Notes: generated by a model from the sequence alone, not told the origin. A DNA stretch of 64,000 nucleotides from Eggerthellaceae bacterium (GCA_017432445.1 JAFRJC010000087.1:18483-82482); one strand, 5' to 3'; counted from the stretch's first letter, positions 51,001-56,897 are shown. Program-made: numbers and translations.

Positions 51001-53508
51001 CGTGTACGTATACGTGGTGGCAGTCTTGCCCTTCAGCTGCACGTACGAGCCATCGACCAGGCCGTAATACGTGGTCGATGTATTGGTTGAATCCGTGGGA
51101 GTGTAGGTGTTGCCCTTTTTCGTGTAGCGTGTACCGGTGTAGGTGACCTCGGTCTTCCAGAGCCAGCTGCCCGTCTCGTAGTAGTAGCTGTACGCCGTCT
51201 GTGACGTGCGCGAAAGCTCCACGTACTCGCCATTAACGTAGCCGTACTGCGTACCAGAGGTCGAAGTTGTGGAGGTGTAGGTATAGCCGGTCTCGCCGAT
51301 GCCCTTGAAGGTCATCGTGATCAGGTCGCGGTCGTAGTATACGTTGAGCACGGTGGAGCCGTCGGCAGCCACCGTCGCCTGGGAGTCGGTCTTGGCGCTG
51401 TTCAGGTGGAAGCCCTGGTATTTTTTCGCAAGATCCGCATCGGTGGGCACCACGACCTCGTCGGTGTAGGAGCTGCGCTGCGCCGATTCCTTGTAGTCGT
51501 AGGTCTTGTCAGCGTCGGCGGCGTCCTTGTCGTCGCTGACGCGCTGCTGCCAGAAGATCACGGTATAAGCTGCGCTCGCCTTCTTCCAGCCAGCGTAGGC
51601 CGTTGTCTTGGTGTTGTAGGCGCGCGTGAAGTCGAAGGTCTGCGTGCACGCCGCATCCGCGTACCAGCCAGTGAAATTGTAGCCGGCGCGTTGCGGGTCG
51701 GCTGGACGCGTGGGAGATTCGTCAAAGCCCACGTACTCGGGAGCCGTGTAGCTGGCGCCGCCGCCCGCGCCTCCGTCGTTCTCGTCGAAGTACAGCCAAT
51801 AAGCCTTGCCGAACACGGGATACAGCGTCGTGTCGTCAGATAGCGTCAGGTTCTCGCCAGCCGGGAACTGCACTTCGGTTGCCGCGGGGTCTTCCGTCCA
51901 GCCCAGGAAGCGCTCGTCATCGTTGACCGAGGTGGCAGAATGGACGCCCACGGCGGCTACGGCCTCTGCAGCTCCCTTTTCCGCCGTTGCCTTCACGTTG
52001 GTAAGTACGGGCCATTCGGCGTCTGCGCCGGCACGCCCGTTCATGAGCGTCGCGTAGAACACGGTGTTGATCTCGCCCACCACGTCGATGGTCGCGTTGC
52101 GCTCGATGGTTTCGACCTTGCCGAACTGCACTGCATCGCTCGTGCCGCGCACGTACCAACCCGAGAACTCCTCATGCTCGGCCAGCTCGGGAACGGGCGG
52201 CCTTACCAAGGTGTCGCCTTCCTTCACGATCTGGGTTGCAGGCTCTCCGTTCACCAGATACTCGCTGGTGCTGCCGGCGGCATCCGTCAGGAAGAAGCGA
52301 TAGGTTGAGCGATACGAGGCGATAAGCTCCACCTCATCGATGAGCACGGCCTCCTCGTCTTCAGCGGGTTGCTCCACTTCGGGCGCCTCGCCCTCGATTA
52401 TCACGATGGCATACACCGAGAACTCGTCGCTGGTAAACGAAATCGAGTTCTGCGCGGTGCCCGACGCCCCCGAGCCCACTACATCAGCAGCGCCGCCATC
52501 GGCCACATGCACCACGGCCACGTCCTGCTCGTCGCTGCCGTTCGCCGCCGCGATATCGGAAGCAGCCATGGTCACCTGGATGTCTGTCGCTGGCTCCACC
52601 TCGTGGGAGACGCCGTTTTCGTCTGTATAGGTGAAGGTGATGTCAACCGCCTTCACGGCCACGGCGCTCGCGTTCACCGCGTCTTCGACGGCGTCGATGA
52701 CCTGGGCGGCGGAAACCGGACTCACGTGCATCTGCGTACCGGCGGGAAACGCCCCCTCGGGCGCGCGGACGCTCACCGTCACGCCGTTCGCGCTGCCCTT
52801 GAAGGTCTGCGCGGGCATGTCCTTGGCCTTCTCGGCTTCGTCTTCCTGCTCGTCCCCCGTCACCAGGAACGTGCTTTCGGCAGCCTCGTCGCCGTTCTCG
52901 ACTGTTTCGTTGGTCTCATCACCCGTGAATAAGACGTCTTGCCCCTCATCGGCTGTTTCTTCGGGCTGTTCGGCTTCGGTCGACTCGCCCGCCTCGGGCT
53001 CGCCTTCTTGCTCGTCGACCACATTAGAGTCTTGCCCGCTTTCCTGGCTCGTCTCCGCTTCAGGCCCCTCGACCTGCGCAGCCTCGTCTTCGACGACGCT
53101 CTGTTCGGAGACCTGCTGTTCGACAGGTGCCTCTTCCTCGTCTCCAGAAAGCTGGATGGCTAGCGCATCCTGCTCCTGCGGCACCGGCTGCTTCGCGACC
53201 TCGACCTTTGGCTTGTTCGCCTCGGCCTCCTCTTCGGCGGCCTTCTTCGCCGCCTCCTCTTGTGCGGCAGCTTCGGCCGCCGCATCGCCCGCGACCGCCC
53301 AGCTGATCGCAGCTACGTTCCACGTCATCAGCGACAGGCATATGACCAGCAAGATGGCGATGACCTTCCCCTCGGGAGTCTTCACGCCATCCATGATTCG
53401 ATTGACGAGGCCCTTCTGCATGATTCCTACCGTTCTCCTAGGTTTTGGCGGCTTGTCCGCCAGCCTTTGCAGCACCCTGCCCTCACTGCCTTTCGGGTGT
53501 TTGGGCAT
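36034..53508 (-). CDS. giant (5,824 aa) cell-surface adhesin: N-terminal TM/signal, acidic spacer, Listeria-Bacteroides repeats, ~45 MBG-type repeats, MucBP-like domain, 3-TM C-terminal tail
   Basis: Single uninterrupted 17,475-nt ORF. A likelier start is the ATG at 53421 (MQKGLVNRI...), which is preceded by AGGAGAA. See the repeat features. The MucBP-like segment is YTLTIEYRYENGDQAA...INGYQPD. No LPXTG is present. Confidence 0.9.
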   Translation of the reverse strand: MPKHPKGSEGRVLQRLADKPPKPRRTVGIMQKGLVNRIMDGVKTPEGKVIAILLVICLSLMTWNVAAISWAVAGDAAAEAAAQEEAAKKAAEEEAEANKPKVEVAKQPVPQEQDALAIQLSGDEEEAPVEQQVSEQSVVEDEAAQVEGPEAETSQESGQDSNVVDEQEGEPEAGESTEAEQPEETADEGQDVLFTGDETNETVENGDEAAESTFLVTGDEQEDEAEKAKDMPAQTFKGSANGVTVSVRAPEGAFPAGTQMHVSPVSAAQVIDAVEDAVNASAVAVKAVDITFTYTDENGVSHEVEPATDIQVTMAASDIAAANGSDEQDVAVVHVADGGAADVVGSGASGTAQNSISFTSDEFSVYAIVIIEGEAPEVEQPAEDEEAVLIDEVELIASYRSTYRFFLTDAAGSTSEYLVNGEPATQIVKEGDTLVRPPVPELAEHEEFSGWYVRGTSDAVQFGKVETIERNATIDVVGEINTVFYATLMNGRAGADAEWPVLTNVKATAEKGAAEAVAAVGVHSATSVNDDERFLGWTEDPAATEVQFPAGENLTLSDDTTLYPVFGKAYWLYFDENDGGAGGGASYTAPEYVGFDESPTRPADPQRAGYNFTGWYADAACTQTFDFTRAYNTKTTAYAGWKKASAAYTVIFWQQRVSDDKDAADADKTYDYKESAQRSSYTDEVVVPTDADLAKKYQGFHLNSAKTDSQATVAADGSTVLNVYYDRDLITMTFKGIGETGYTYTSTTSTSGTQYGYVNGEYVELSRTSQTAYSYYYETGSWLWKTEVTYTGTRYTKKGNTYTPTDSTNTSTTYYGLVDGSYVQLKGKTATTYTYTYNGAPYDGVRYTRGSQEARLIISGLYGQTLSRYGYSWPEGTWKYSSSGMTFLGEFILPDSDGYMTSITFETNGAVGGTFNFYLQNADGSYPEEPSDRGYASSSSGKFTFTEKYNGFKVAEYQSNNSSGTSGSWSTAKSGNNANYSSPLGIRYQRQSYDIDFRNGSSGSIGTVSRLFEQSLSGVQAPAAPAFPGNANEASMHEFVGWFADPECTTYVSFGNPISDDLRAELESDWNVHSFTTYEAMPANNLVVYAGWMKKWFHVTLDEAGGTLPQGQVDDFWVQYGDAIAGSSLMQAVREGYTLTGWNVDAADGVPWNFDAGVQGDLHLVARWTTGEDVSVVYDANEGEGAPSDYALYTDGAKVTAKDAPTPPQGKVFVGWRVVRVDGKQGALCYPGQTFTVNQDCIVRGEQGSSVHLIAEYVTYDVTAQISYSPNGGNGTIPSQTIPVNKTSTLSLGDELSREGYTLVGWSLSPGDDNRVSFKLGGAVTVDKVDEESNVLYAVWAKNVTITATGANARVAYDGKAKVNDEPAMSFTVAGEKVDELPEGISYSISGRASGVNAGTYDDELSVSVGSYDTNRYYVTTHASNGRLTVTKPTVNLTVTGHVSSVPYDAQEHSVSGYDVMADNVAFEVADLQFSGVAEAARTDAGATEMGLEASQFSLADTSNFELGEVTVVDGRQEVTPAKVQVNIVGATGTVTYSGAEQSVEGYTATPSDTAYTEADFTFTGNAKAAGTQAGVYTMGLDASQFTNKNDNYDPTFNIVTDGSLTITPIDEVVVTITGDGKIATYDGNEHAASGYTFTASDPAYTEADFAFTGSAEVAATDAGYAPMGLSPEQFENKNESFAKVTFVVTDGYVDIAKAQAIVTIKGDFPEAVTYDGQEHVAEGYTAISSSPAFDVERDLVAKKDASQMRVAKTDAGTYAMGLTEADFANSNSGNVDVAFVVQDGGLVINRITETVVVTVVGAIEAVDYDGVEHSASGFTVQASNPLYRTQADETGVLDYAYSGSSAVKGTNAGTYPMGLARSGFANLNQNFTDVKFEVTDGELTIRKLSVNVAITGNSATREYTGAEQSVEGFDVKCSSELYTRDDFTVNGEVKAARTDAGTTAMGLSHDRLVNLNNNFDVVFSVTDGSLTITPVQKMVVVSVKGNSQTLVYNGTSQKVEGYTVTGISDARYKESYFAFDGSEVASGIDVGSYPMSLAAEQFKNLSDNFAWVEFLVQDGGLEIVPADVTVKVVGQQVTTVYDGQEHVASGFTTFESGSSLYDAASWTTFASAGGEEEQMPSVALVDAGTENMGLTSERFENTNPNFNVTYDVTDGFVTVLPLKVGVSVDGHVGVAPYDGKAHVVEGWDAQADSELFDVADITFTGKASASQTDVGTAYMSLAADQFGCDNENFDVAFAVASDGYSQVTPADEVVVTIIGHNATGAYDGEAHAVSGYDVLISSDVYTEADFTGPEQQAATASQTDAGTAYMGLSADQFANANANFSKVTFEVTDGYQTVTKRPVVVAVTGNTAVHDYDACEHVAEGFEVDIQDDLYTTDDFTAPDRAKASVALVHAGTKAMGLSADQFTNKNDNFAPVFTVTDGWVSVSPIAVTVQIEGACAENDYDALEHVVSGYTARASVNEGLAEGSQPLFDIAANVTFTGEARAARLKAGTTKMGLSAEMFEVADNPDFSSVTFDVADGYQIIRPVRVEVAITGATSTVAFDGQEHAVDGYDIVADVNRGRADDRLVFDPSLVRYEGTPHAARTDAGTTEMGLSADKFTCSDTVNYSAVTFTVTDGYQTVEPIAATVSIVGARSTADYDGDAHSVEGYTASITPSLYTEADFVFSGEAVAARTDAGTTYMGLSADQFANTNANFSDVVFDVVDGYQTVTKRSVAVSIVGEKLSAPYSGKEQSVEGFKASTADSLYDVDEFVQFAGEAVARGTDAGSYPMKLSVGQFANTSNNFDVAFDVVDGGLTIVSADQVIVTVTGKRASGTYTGRPLTATGYDVSISDERYKAEDFSFSGTATATRTDAGTTQMGLAASQFTNLDPVNFPDVVFVVEDGFVEVARATANVNVKGHTDQVVYDRAAHTVSGYDVTIESSTGAYGESDFELAADADPSVTGTDAGEYPMGLTEGTFGPGAATSQFANTNQNYDVVFQVVDGRLTVTKQKAVVTIAGAVLNVAYDREEHVVSGYTVQSSNPAFDVETDLVARVAPDDAKAAGVNAGTYAMGLVEGDFQNANKANVDVELRLTDGRLVISPVTNRVVVNIVGDAKTFAYDGLEHAASGFEVSANNALYRVDASEGATDFSFTDDAAVKSTNAGFFAMGISADDFQNANPNFENVTFKVTDGSLRINPAQVKVSVAGGVLETVYSGRTQAAEGYTLSSDSELYRQDDVAFSGNATVTAVDAGTYAMGLTSDQFANSNPNFNVTFEVKDGCLSIAPLEVNVSVIGHTGVNAYDGTEHSTSGYDVEASSPLYKASFLAHDGVAYAARTDAGTTDMGLTSDQFANSNPNFSVTAINVTDGYQQVTPADEVVVTITGHVVKADYDGLEHVARGYDVAISNPLYKAADFIFTGEAQAALTDAGTASMGLTAEQFSNINTNFENVEFKVEDGSVTVNPITAVVTIRGVNSTTTYDSTEHEVEGYTATSSSPLYAVGADAADFTFTGEAKAARTDAGTTYMGLAADQFANDNPNFENVTFRVVDGYQTVEPATAQVVITGHSAVCDYDGAEHSVEGFDAEISDELYNEDDFTFTGEAKAARTDAGTTHMGLAPEQFANANPNFANVTFRVVDGFQTVVPINATVTIVGATTTVDYDGATHMARGFTATADVNGSAGEAASAARPLYDVVNDVRFDGKAQAERADAGTTYMGLAPEQFANVNPNFADVTFVVADGYARVNPLVVKVSIAGATATKSYSGSEQKVEGYIASADTSLYDVDANVGFAGDATVQGTNAGLYPMGLSPADFTNGNENFDVSFLVTDGWLSIAPAGQVVVNVVGNSATGTYTGQALEAQGYTLQFSDWRYTASNITFTGDAKVSRTDAGRESMGLAADQFANDDRVNFPDVVFAVADGFVEVAPATAVVTVEGSRLSTTYDGSEHGVEGYDTSITSSTGLYAESNFHLAEGVGASAAGTNAGTYPMGLAEGTFGPGESGPFVNDDANYDVTFIVSDGWLAIGKARATVTVTGKTLACSYDGAEHAAVGYTAQSSNALYRVEPVEADEAAGTPAAGADFAYSGPLAASGVDAGSYPMCLDSAQFENVNPNFDDVEFIVVDGGLTIAPAAVTVTIVGNTATRSYTGEEQQVEGYRLTTTNSLYNSDYVLFEGEATARGENARARYAMGLSAEQFANVNPNFDVAFEVQDGWLAISPIDAVVTITGNHDAVTYDGAEHSAKGYEAHFSTPLYTADDFEFAGTSEVARTDAGTSYMGLAPEQFANVNPNFDHVEFRVADGYLTIVPAGDVVVTITGRNGLFSYDGAEHLAEGFDAEISDPLYTADDFAFAGGASAARTDAGTSYMGLVANQFSNTNPNFENVTFKVVDGYLTVAPINVSVSVTGSIDKATYDGIEHSVSGFTATSSTPLYTASDFVFTGTSEVARTDAGTSYMGLAPDQFANANPNFAEVMFSVVDGYQTVIPTTAQVVIVGHSTTATYDGEAHVAEGYEANISGSLYTADDFTFLGSDKVVAVGAGTYPMGLSADQFANTNPNFENVVFSVTDGGLRVDPLAVQVRVVGTRAAVSYTGSEQSVEGYEASADSELYDVARGVAFSGAARASGVRAGDYPMGLAASQFANTDPNFDVSFDVADGQLSIAPAGGVVVYITGHEASRVYDGEEFVVEGYDVQASDELYSSSNIEFTGEARAALTDAGTAEMGLAAEQFANTNPDFSDVRFVVADGRARVTPAPATVEVAGGVAEVEYDGTEQRVEGFELSSGSALYDLGSVAFSGEAAAARTDVGTTNMGLSADQFANTDPNFDVSFEVADGHLRVTPVAERVVVRIAGATASGTYCGTERSVSGYEVLEVSNPLYAPSDVALVGADRAAGTNVGTYPMGLSAGSFANQNANFADVAFEVEDGSLQITPAAVTVSVEGAHDALVYDGKEHAVSGYALAASSDLYDARASTSFTPASGAVLVGGEVAAVRTQAGTTNMGLAAEQFANTDPNFDVEYVVSDGYLSIAPAGGVVVRITGHTAEAVYDGDEHAAEGYDFEASDPLYTADDFAFTGGASAARTDAGTSYMGLSPEQFSNASGDFEDVVFDVVDGYVAVGRASATVTVKGNTATAVYDGAEHSVSGYTATSSTPLYAVEGDAAGFEFTGSAAAARTDVGTTNMGLAASQFANADPNFEGVVFEVEDGYQRITPNGEVVVKVAGHSDEAVYDGEEHSVSGYDFEASNPLYTADDFAFTGEAKAARTDAGTTPMGLSADQFANTNPNFENVVFEVADGGLKVNPVRVTVYVAGSSAEIDYDGEEHEISGYELSLGEPVGMRVASDATSRYDLSSVSYTGNAKAARTDVGSTPLVFEAGDFANSDTNYDVTFAIADGNLKVNAIPATVHIAGNVEAAEYDGTEHIAKGYKVKSVSSVGNLYTEDDFAFSGEAAAARTDVGTTNMGLSADQFANTNPNFNNVTFAIADGSIQVTKRSVQLVSASDSKVYDGAPLVRHEVEGDEGFVEGENVGYFFSGSQTEVGTSENTFSYVRTDALENNYNVSESFGTLTVTESPSGAEQVEPDAGQLAYTLTIEYRYENGDQAASAHVEQLAEGVRFEVVSPEINGYQPDYRSLVGAMPAGDLKIVVIYTAARPVQAAQPAKATEPASSGGTPEVSERDTAPVFSRMGEVVVDDGVPTVRTIEDDEGTALTDGSEGSWSLFDVVATVLAVLVALVLAVGLFGRKRRDGDDGNGPDGEDAALRVAEHETAADNERNDDARAFDRHRGLRILALAIGVVAIVLLFVTQDFTQTMALFDRWSVLFAIICIAQIVVAFLARKKRKDDDGEGDEEGAGSAQVQAA
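36903..49482 (-). repeat. coding tandem array of ~45-46 MBG (YGX-type) domain repeats, ~91 aa each
   Basis: Counted by eye from the recurring unit V(T/S)(I/V)xGxxxxxxYDGxEHxVxGYxxxxSxxLYxxxDFxFxGxAxAxxTDAGTxxMGLxxxQFxNxNxNFxxVxFxVxDGxLxIxP. Confidence 0.8.
49483..52185 (-). repeat. ~7 Listeria-Bacteroides (Flg_new / InlB B-repeat-like) repeats
   Basis: Recurring (G)Y.F.GW motifs: EFSGWYV, FLGWTED, GYNFTGWYADAACTQTFDF, FVGWFADPECT, GYTLTGWNVD, VFVGWRV, GYTLVGWSLS, with ...LYAVW ends. Boundaries are approximate. Confidence 0.65.
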
Positions 53509-53624
53509 AGTTGTCCACAGTTTGAAGAAAAAGGTATCACTGCGCTCCGATAACGCAGCTCATCTTGGCAAAATTGTGCGTGTTTTTTCCCCGATTGCGC
53601 AACTGCCGATAACTTTCTTTTCAA

Positions 53625-53787
53625 CCTGGATTGACATCGGCTCGAACGGGTCCGGGAACATCTCTCTGACTCGTTTTCGAGACAGTTGATCGGGATGCAG
53701 AATCCATCTTGAGAAAACGGGTCGAAGATATGTGCTCGACTCATCCGATACGGCCTCTGACCTGCGCTATATCAGTTCTTGTTAAAC
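53625..53787 (-). promoter_or_regulatory. conserved leader element, copy A (upstream of the adhesin gene)
   Basis: The 17-nt block CCTGGATTGACATCGGC (53625-53641, plus-strand reading) is identical to 61791-61807. The block at 53738-53787 is about three-quarters identical, by eye, to 61833-61884. About 96 nt of hairpin-rich insert lies between the blocks. Confidence 0.45.
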
Positions 53788-53904
53788 GTACGGGCCGATG
53801 ATTCGGGCCGCTCCGGAGCACTAAGGAAACGACATGGGACGACAAGGGGCGAGGCGCAACATGCGTCTCGCCCCTGTCGCCTTGGCGCGATTCCCCTCGA
53901 GCGC

Positions 53905-54984
53905 TTAGAAGGCGATGCCCTCGAGGGCAAGCCGACGCTCGAGCGCTTCTTCGTGGATGCTGAAGCGCAAGGCCGTCTCGCCGGTGATGCGGCCTTCCTT
54001 CGCAAGCTGGAAAAGGCTCTGGTCCATAGTGCGCATGCCGGCGGCACCGCCCGCCGCGATGACCGAGTCGATCTGGTAGGTCTTCTCCTCGCGGATGAGA
54101 TTGCGGATAGCCGCATTGGAGATCATGATCTCGAACGCAGGGACAAGCCCGCCGTCAATCGTCGGCACGAGCTGCTGGCAGACGATGGCCTGCAGTACAA
54201 GCGAGAGCTGTATGCGGATCTGGCGCTGCTGCTCTGCGGGGAACGTGTCGATGATGCGGTCCACCGTACCCGAAGCGCTGGTGGTGTGCAGCGTGCTGAA
54301 CAGCAGCTGGGCCATTTCGGCAGCGGTCATCGCCGTGGCTACGGTCTCGGCGTCGCGCATTTCGCCCAGGAAGATGATGTCAGGGGACTCGCGCAAAGCC
54401 GAGCGCAGGGCCTCGTCGTATGTGGCCACGTCGGTAGGGATCTCGCGCTGCGTCACGATGCAGCTTCCGTGTCTGTGCACGTACTCGATCGGGTCTTCCA
54501 TGGTGATGATATGTCCCGAGCGCTCGTGGTTGAGCCGGTCGATGATGCAGTTCAGCGTCGTGGTCTTGCCGGACCCCGCCGGACCGGTGACCAGCACCAG
54601 GCCCTTCTGGAGCTTGCTCAGGCACAGCACGTCTTCGCCGATCTCGAAATCGGCCGGATCGGGCAGGCCAAACGGGATCACGCGGATGACGGCCGAGAGC
54701 GACCCGCGCTGGCGAAACACGTTCGCGCGGAAGCGGCCGATTCCGCCGATGGCGAACGAGAAGTCCTCGTCATGGTTCACGTTTCTCAGCATCAGCTCGA
54801 TGTCGCGGTTGGCCAGGCCGTAGATGGCCTCGATGACCTCGCGTGTCTGCGCGGGCTTCAGCGCTTCGCCTTCGGTACGCACGAGCTGGCCCAACGCCGA
54901 GTACGCAATGGGCATGCCGGCCTCGATGTAGATGTCGGAGGCCTTGTTGTCGATCATCTGCTTGAGCAACGGCTCCAGTTCCAT
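53905..54984 (-). CDS. pilT: PilT-family type IV pilus retraction-type ATPase
   Basis: 359 aa. Motifs: ASDIYIEAG, Walker A GPAGSGKTT, Asp box ITMEDPIEY, Walker B DIIFLGEMRD, His box STLHT and the PilT signature AIRNLIRE. Confidence 0.9.
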   Translation of the reverse strand: MELEPLLKQMIDNKASDIYIEAGMPIAYSALGQLVRTEGEALKPAQTREVIEAIYGLANRDIELMLRNVNHDEDFSFAIGGIGRFRANVFRQRGSLSAVIRVIPFGLPDPADFEIGEDVLCLSKLQKGLVLVTGPAGSGKTTTLNCIIDRLNHERSGHIITMEDPIEYVHRHGSCIVTQREIPTDVATYDEALRSALRESPDIIFLGEMRDAETVATAMTAAEMAQLLFSTLHTTSASGTVDRIIDTFPAEQQRQIRIQLSLVLQAIVCQQLVPTIDGGLVPAFEIMISNAAIRNLIREEKTYQIDSVIAAGGAAGMRTMDQSLFQLAKEGRITGETALRFSIHEEALERRLALEGIAF

Positions 54985-55051
54985 GGCTTCGATCCTTTCG
55001 TCATCGGGATCGCTTTCCCGCAGGCGATCGGTCGCTTGCGGGAAAGAGATC

Positions 55052-55600
55052 CTAGTCCACTATCAGCAGCTGTCCTTCCGGCGGCTCCTCGTTTTGAACC
55101 GCAGTCATCTTCCATTTGTCGACGCGGTACGTGCCGTTGTCACGCACTACGAGCACGATGTTGAGCAAGCGGCCGTTGTCGCAGGCGAACTCGGCGGTTA
55201 TCTGCTGCCCGTCCACCGAGGCCGAAGCCCTCACCTTTCCACCCGCCGCCGCGCGCGCATCGGCGCACAGCTTGTCGATCGCGCCTTGCACCGCGCGTAT
55301 GCCCTCCTGGCCCGCATCATCTGCAGACCCCGCCGAGCGCGCCTCGGCCAGCAGGGCGTCGGTCCCCGCGACGAACTCCTGGGCTGCACGCTCGTCGAGG
55401 TACAGCTCGGTCATGGCCTGCGCCTGGCGCTGGGACATGACAAGGGATGCGTTTGCCGTGGAAAGAGACAGCACGGCGAGCACGGCAAGGGAGATGATCA
55501 CCACCAACGCGAACACCGAGATGGAGCCGATGCGCACGCGCTGCGGCCGACCGCCGGAAACCTGGGGCAAGGTACCCGAGTTGAGCTGGAACTTCGCCAT
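55052..55600 (-). CDS. single-pass membrane protein, ComGG/PilX-like minor pseudopilin candidate
   Basis: N-terminal hydrophobic helix (IGSISVFALVVIISLAVLAVLSL) followed by TELYLDERAAQEFV, which resembles the post-helix segment of ComGG/PilX. Starts 3 nt after the upstream stop. Confidence 0.5.
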   Translation of the reverse strand: MAKFQLNSGTLPQVSGGRPQRVRIGSISVFALVVIISLAVLAVLSLSTANASLVMSQRQAQAMTELYLDERAAQEFVAGTDALLAEARSAGSADDAGQEGIRAVQGAIDKLCADARAAAGGKVRASASVDGQQITAEFACDNGRLLNIVLVVRDNGTYRVDKWKMTAVQNEEPPEGQLLIVD

Positions 55601-55603
55601 CGT

Positions 55604-56062
55604 CTACGCCCCGCTCTCGTACTTGGCCGTCTGGACGGTGTAAAGCGGCTCGACAGCCACGCCCGCTTGCGCGGTCTCGGCTTCGCTTGCGCTCCCGTCG
55701 GCATCCGAATCGACGCTTTCGGTTCCGTACACGCTTATGGTGGCGTAGTAGATGACGCCTCCCGTACGCCTCTCGGGCGTGACCTGGCACACCACGCGTA
55801 AATCGCCTTCCATGAACTCGCTTTTCACGCCAGTCGGGTCGGCGCAGAACAGCTCGGCCGTGGCCGTGGCGGCGGCCACGGCGTCAGTGAGGCTGCGGCT
55901 GGCGTTGGCGCGTTCGGCAGACTCGGCGAACAGCTGGGTGAACACGGCCAGCGAAGCCATGATGATCACGAGCAACAGCATCGCCTCCACGAGGAAGGCG
56001 GTTCCCGACCAGCGGCTATGCAGCGCGGCGGACGTGCGCTTCGTGGGCAGCTCGAAACTCAT
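55604..56062 (-). CDS. prepilin-like (pseudopilin) protein candidate
   Basis: RWSG-TAFLVEAMLLLVIIMASLAVF is a class-III-signal-like G/xxFLVE + helix motif, offset by one residue from canonical GFTLIE. An ATGA overlap links it to the upstream gene. Confidence 0.5.
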   Translation of the reverse strand: MSFELPTKRTSAALHSRWSGTAFLVEAMLLLVIIMASLAVFTQLFAESAERANASRSLTDAVAAATATAELFCADPTGVKSEFMEGDLRVVCQVTPERRTGGVIYYATISVYGTESVDSDADGSASEAETAQAGVAVEPLYTVQTAKYESGA

Positions 56063-56574
56063 ACGGCTCCCCCCTGCGTGCTGCGCAGGGCGACTTCGAG
56101 AGTGCCCTTGTCGGTGGTCATGGTCAGAAGCTCGCCGTCGAAGGCGAACTCGAAGGCATCCGAGCGGAACAGCGGCGTTGCGGAAGTGGGATTGTAATCG
56201 CGCCCGGAGATAGCGTATTCGGTGAAGATGGTTCCCTTGTACTGGTACACACGCGTCTCGAAGGTGCCGTACTCGAGCGATTCCACCAGCACGAGCGCCG
56301 GCCCTTCCGGACCCTCGCCCCGCTCTACCGCATACACCGAGTCGTTCACGTGCACGGTGTTGGCCAGAAGACCCGATTGCAGATGCACGTCATCGGTGTA
56401 TGAGTGGGTCTGCACGACAGCGCTGTAGATGCCCGCGCCAGCCGCCAACCCTCCCATGAGCGCGATGAAGAACACTGCCATGAGCACCAGCATGAACAGC
56501 TGGGAGGGCGCACGATGCACCTCGGGCTTTTTCGACCTCTCGAAGGCAGAGACCATGGCGTAGTTGATGTTCAT
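56059..56574 (-). CDS. single-pass membrane protein (minor pseudopilin / assembly protein candidate)
   Basis: 171 aa with one N-terminal TM (LFMLVLMAVFFIALMGGLAAGAGIY). ATGA overlaps at both ends (56059-62 and 56571-74). Confidence 0.5.
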   Translation of the reverse strand: MNINYAMVSAFERSKKPEVHRAPSQLFMLVLMAVFFIALMGGLAAGAGIYSAVVQTHSYTDDVHLQSGLLANTVHVNDSVYAVERGEGPEGPALVLVESLEYGTFETRVYQYKGTIFTEYAISGRDYNPTSATPLFRSDAFEFAFDGELLTMTTDKGTLEVALRSTQGGAV

Positions 56575-56897
56575 CGCGGCCTCACCACCACCGACGGAGG
56601 CACGTTATCGCCAAGCCACTCGTAGTTCACGACGTAGTCGTTATGGTTGATGACGAGCCCGTATTCCTCTTCCAAGTGCGAGAGCATCGAAGGATAGGAG
56701 CCCTCAATCGCGCAGCACTGCACGGCCGCGGCCACCACGGCTTGCCGTACCGAGGCCGTGGCCTGGTCACGCGCTATCGAGCGCGACACCGTCACCGCAA
56801 AGACCACGTTGATCACGATCAGCACCGCCAAGATGGCGTAGATGATCCGCATGCGCCTTCGCCGCGCCAGCTCCTCGTATGTCAGCTCGTGGTACAA
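56571..56897 (-). CDS. small single-pass membrane protein
   Basis: 108 aa. RRRRMRIIYAILAVLIVINVVFAV is followed by a soluble domain. Start is TTG at 56897 or ATG at 56852. Confidence 0.45.
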   Translation of the reverse strand: MYHELTYEELARRRRMRIIYAILAVLIVINVVFAVTVSRSIARDQATASVRQAVVAAAVQCCAIEGSYPSMLSHLEEEYGLVINHNDYVVNYEWLGDNVPPSVVVRPR

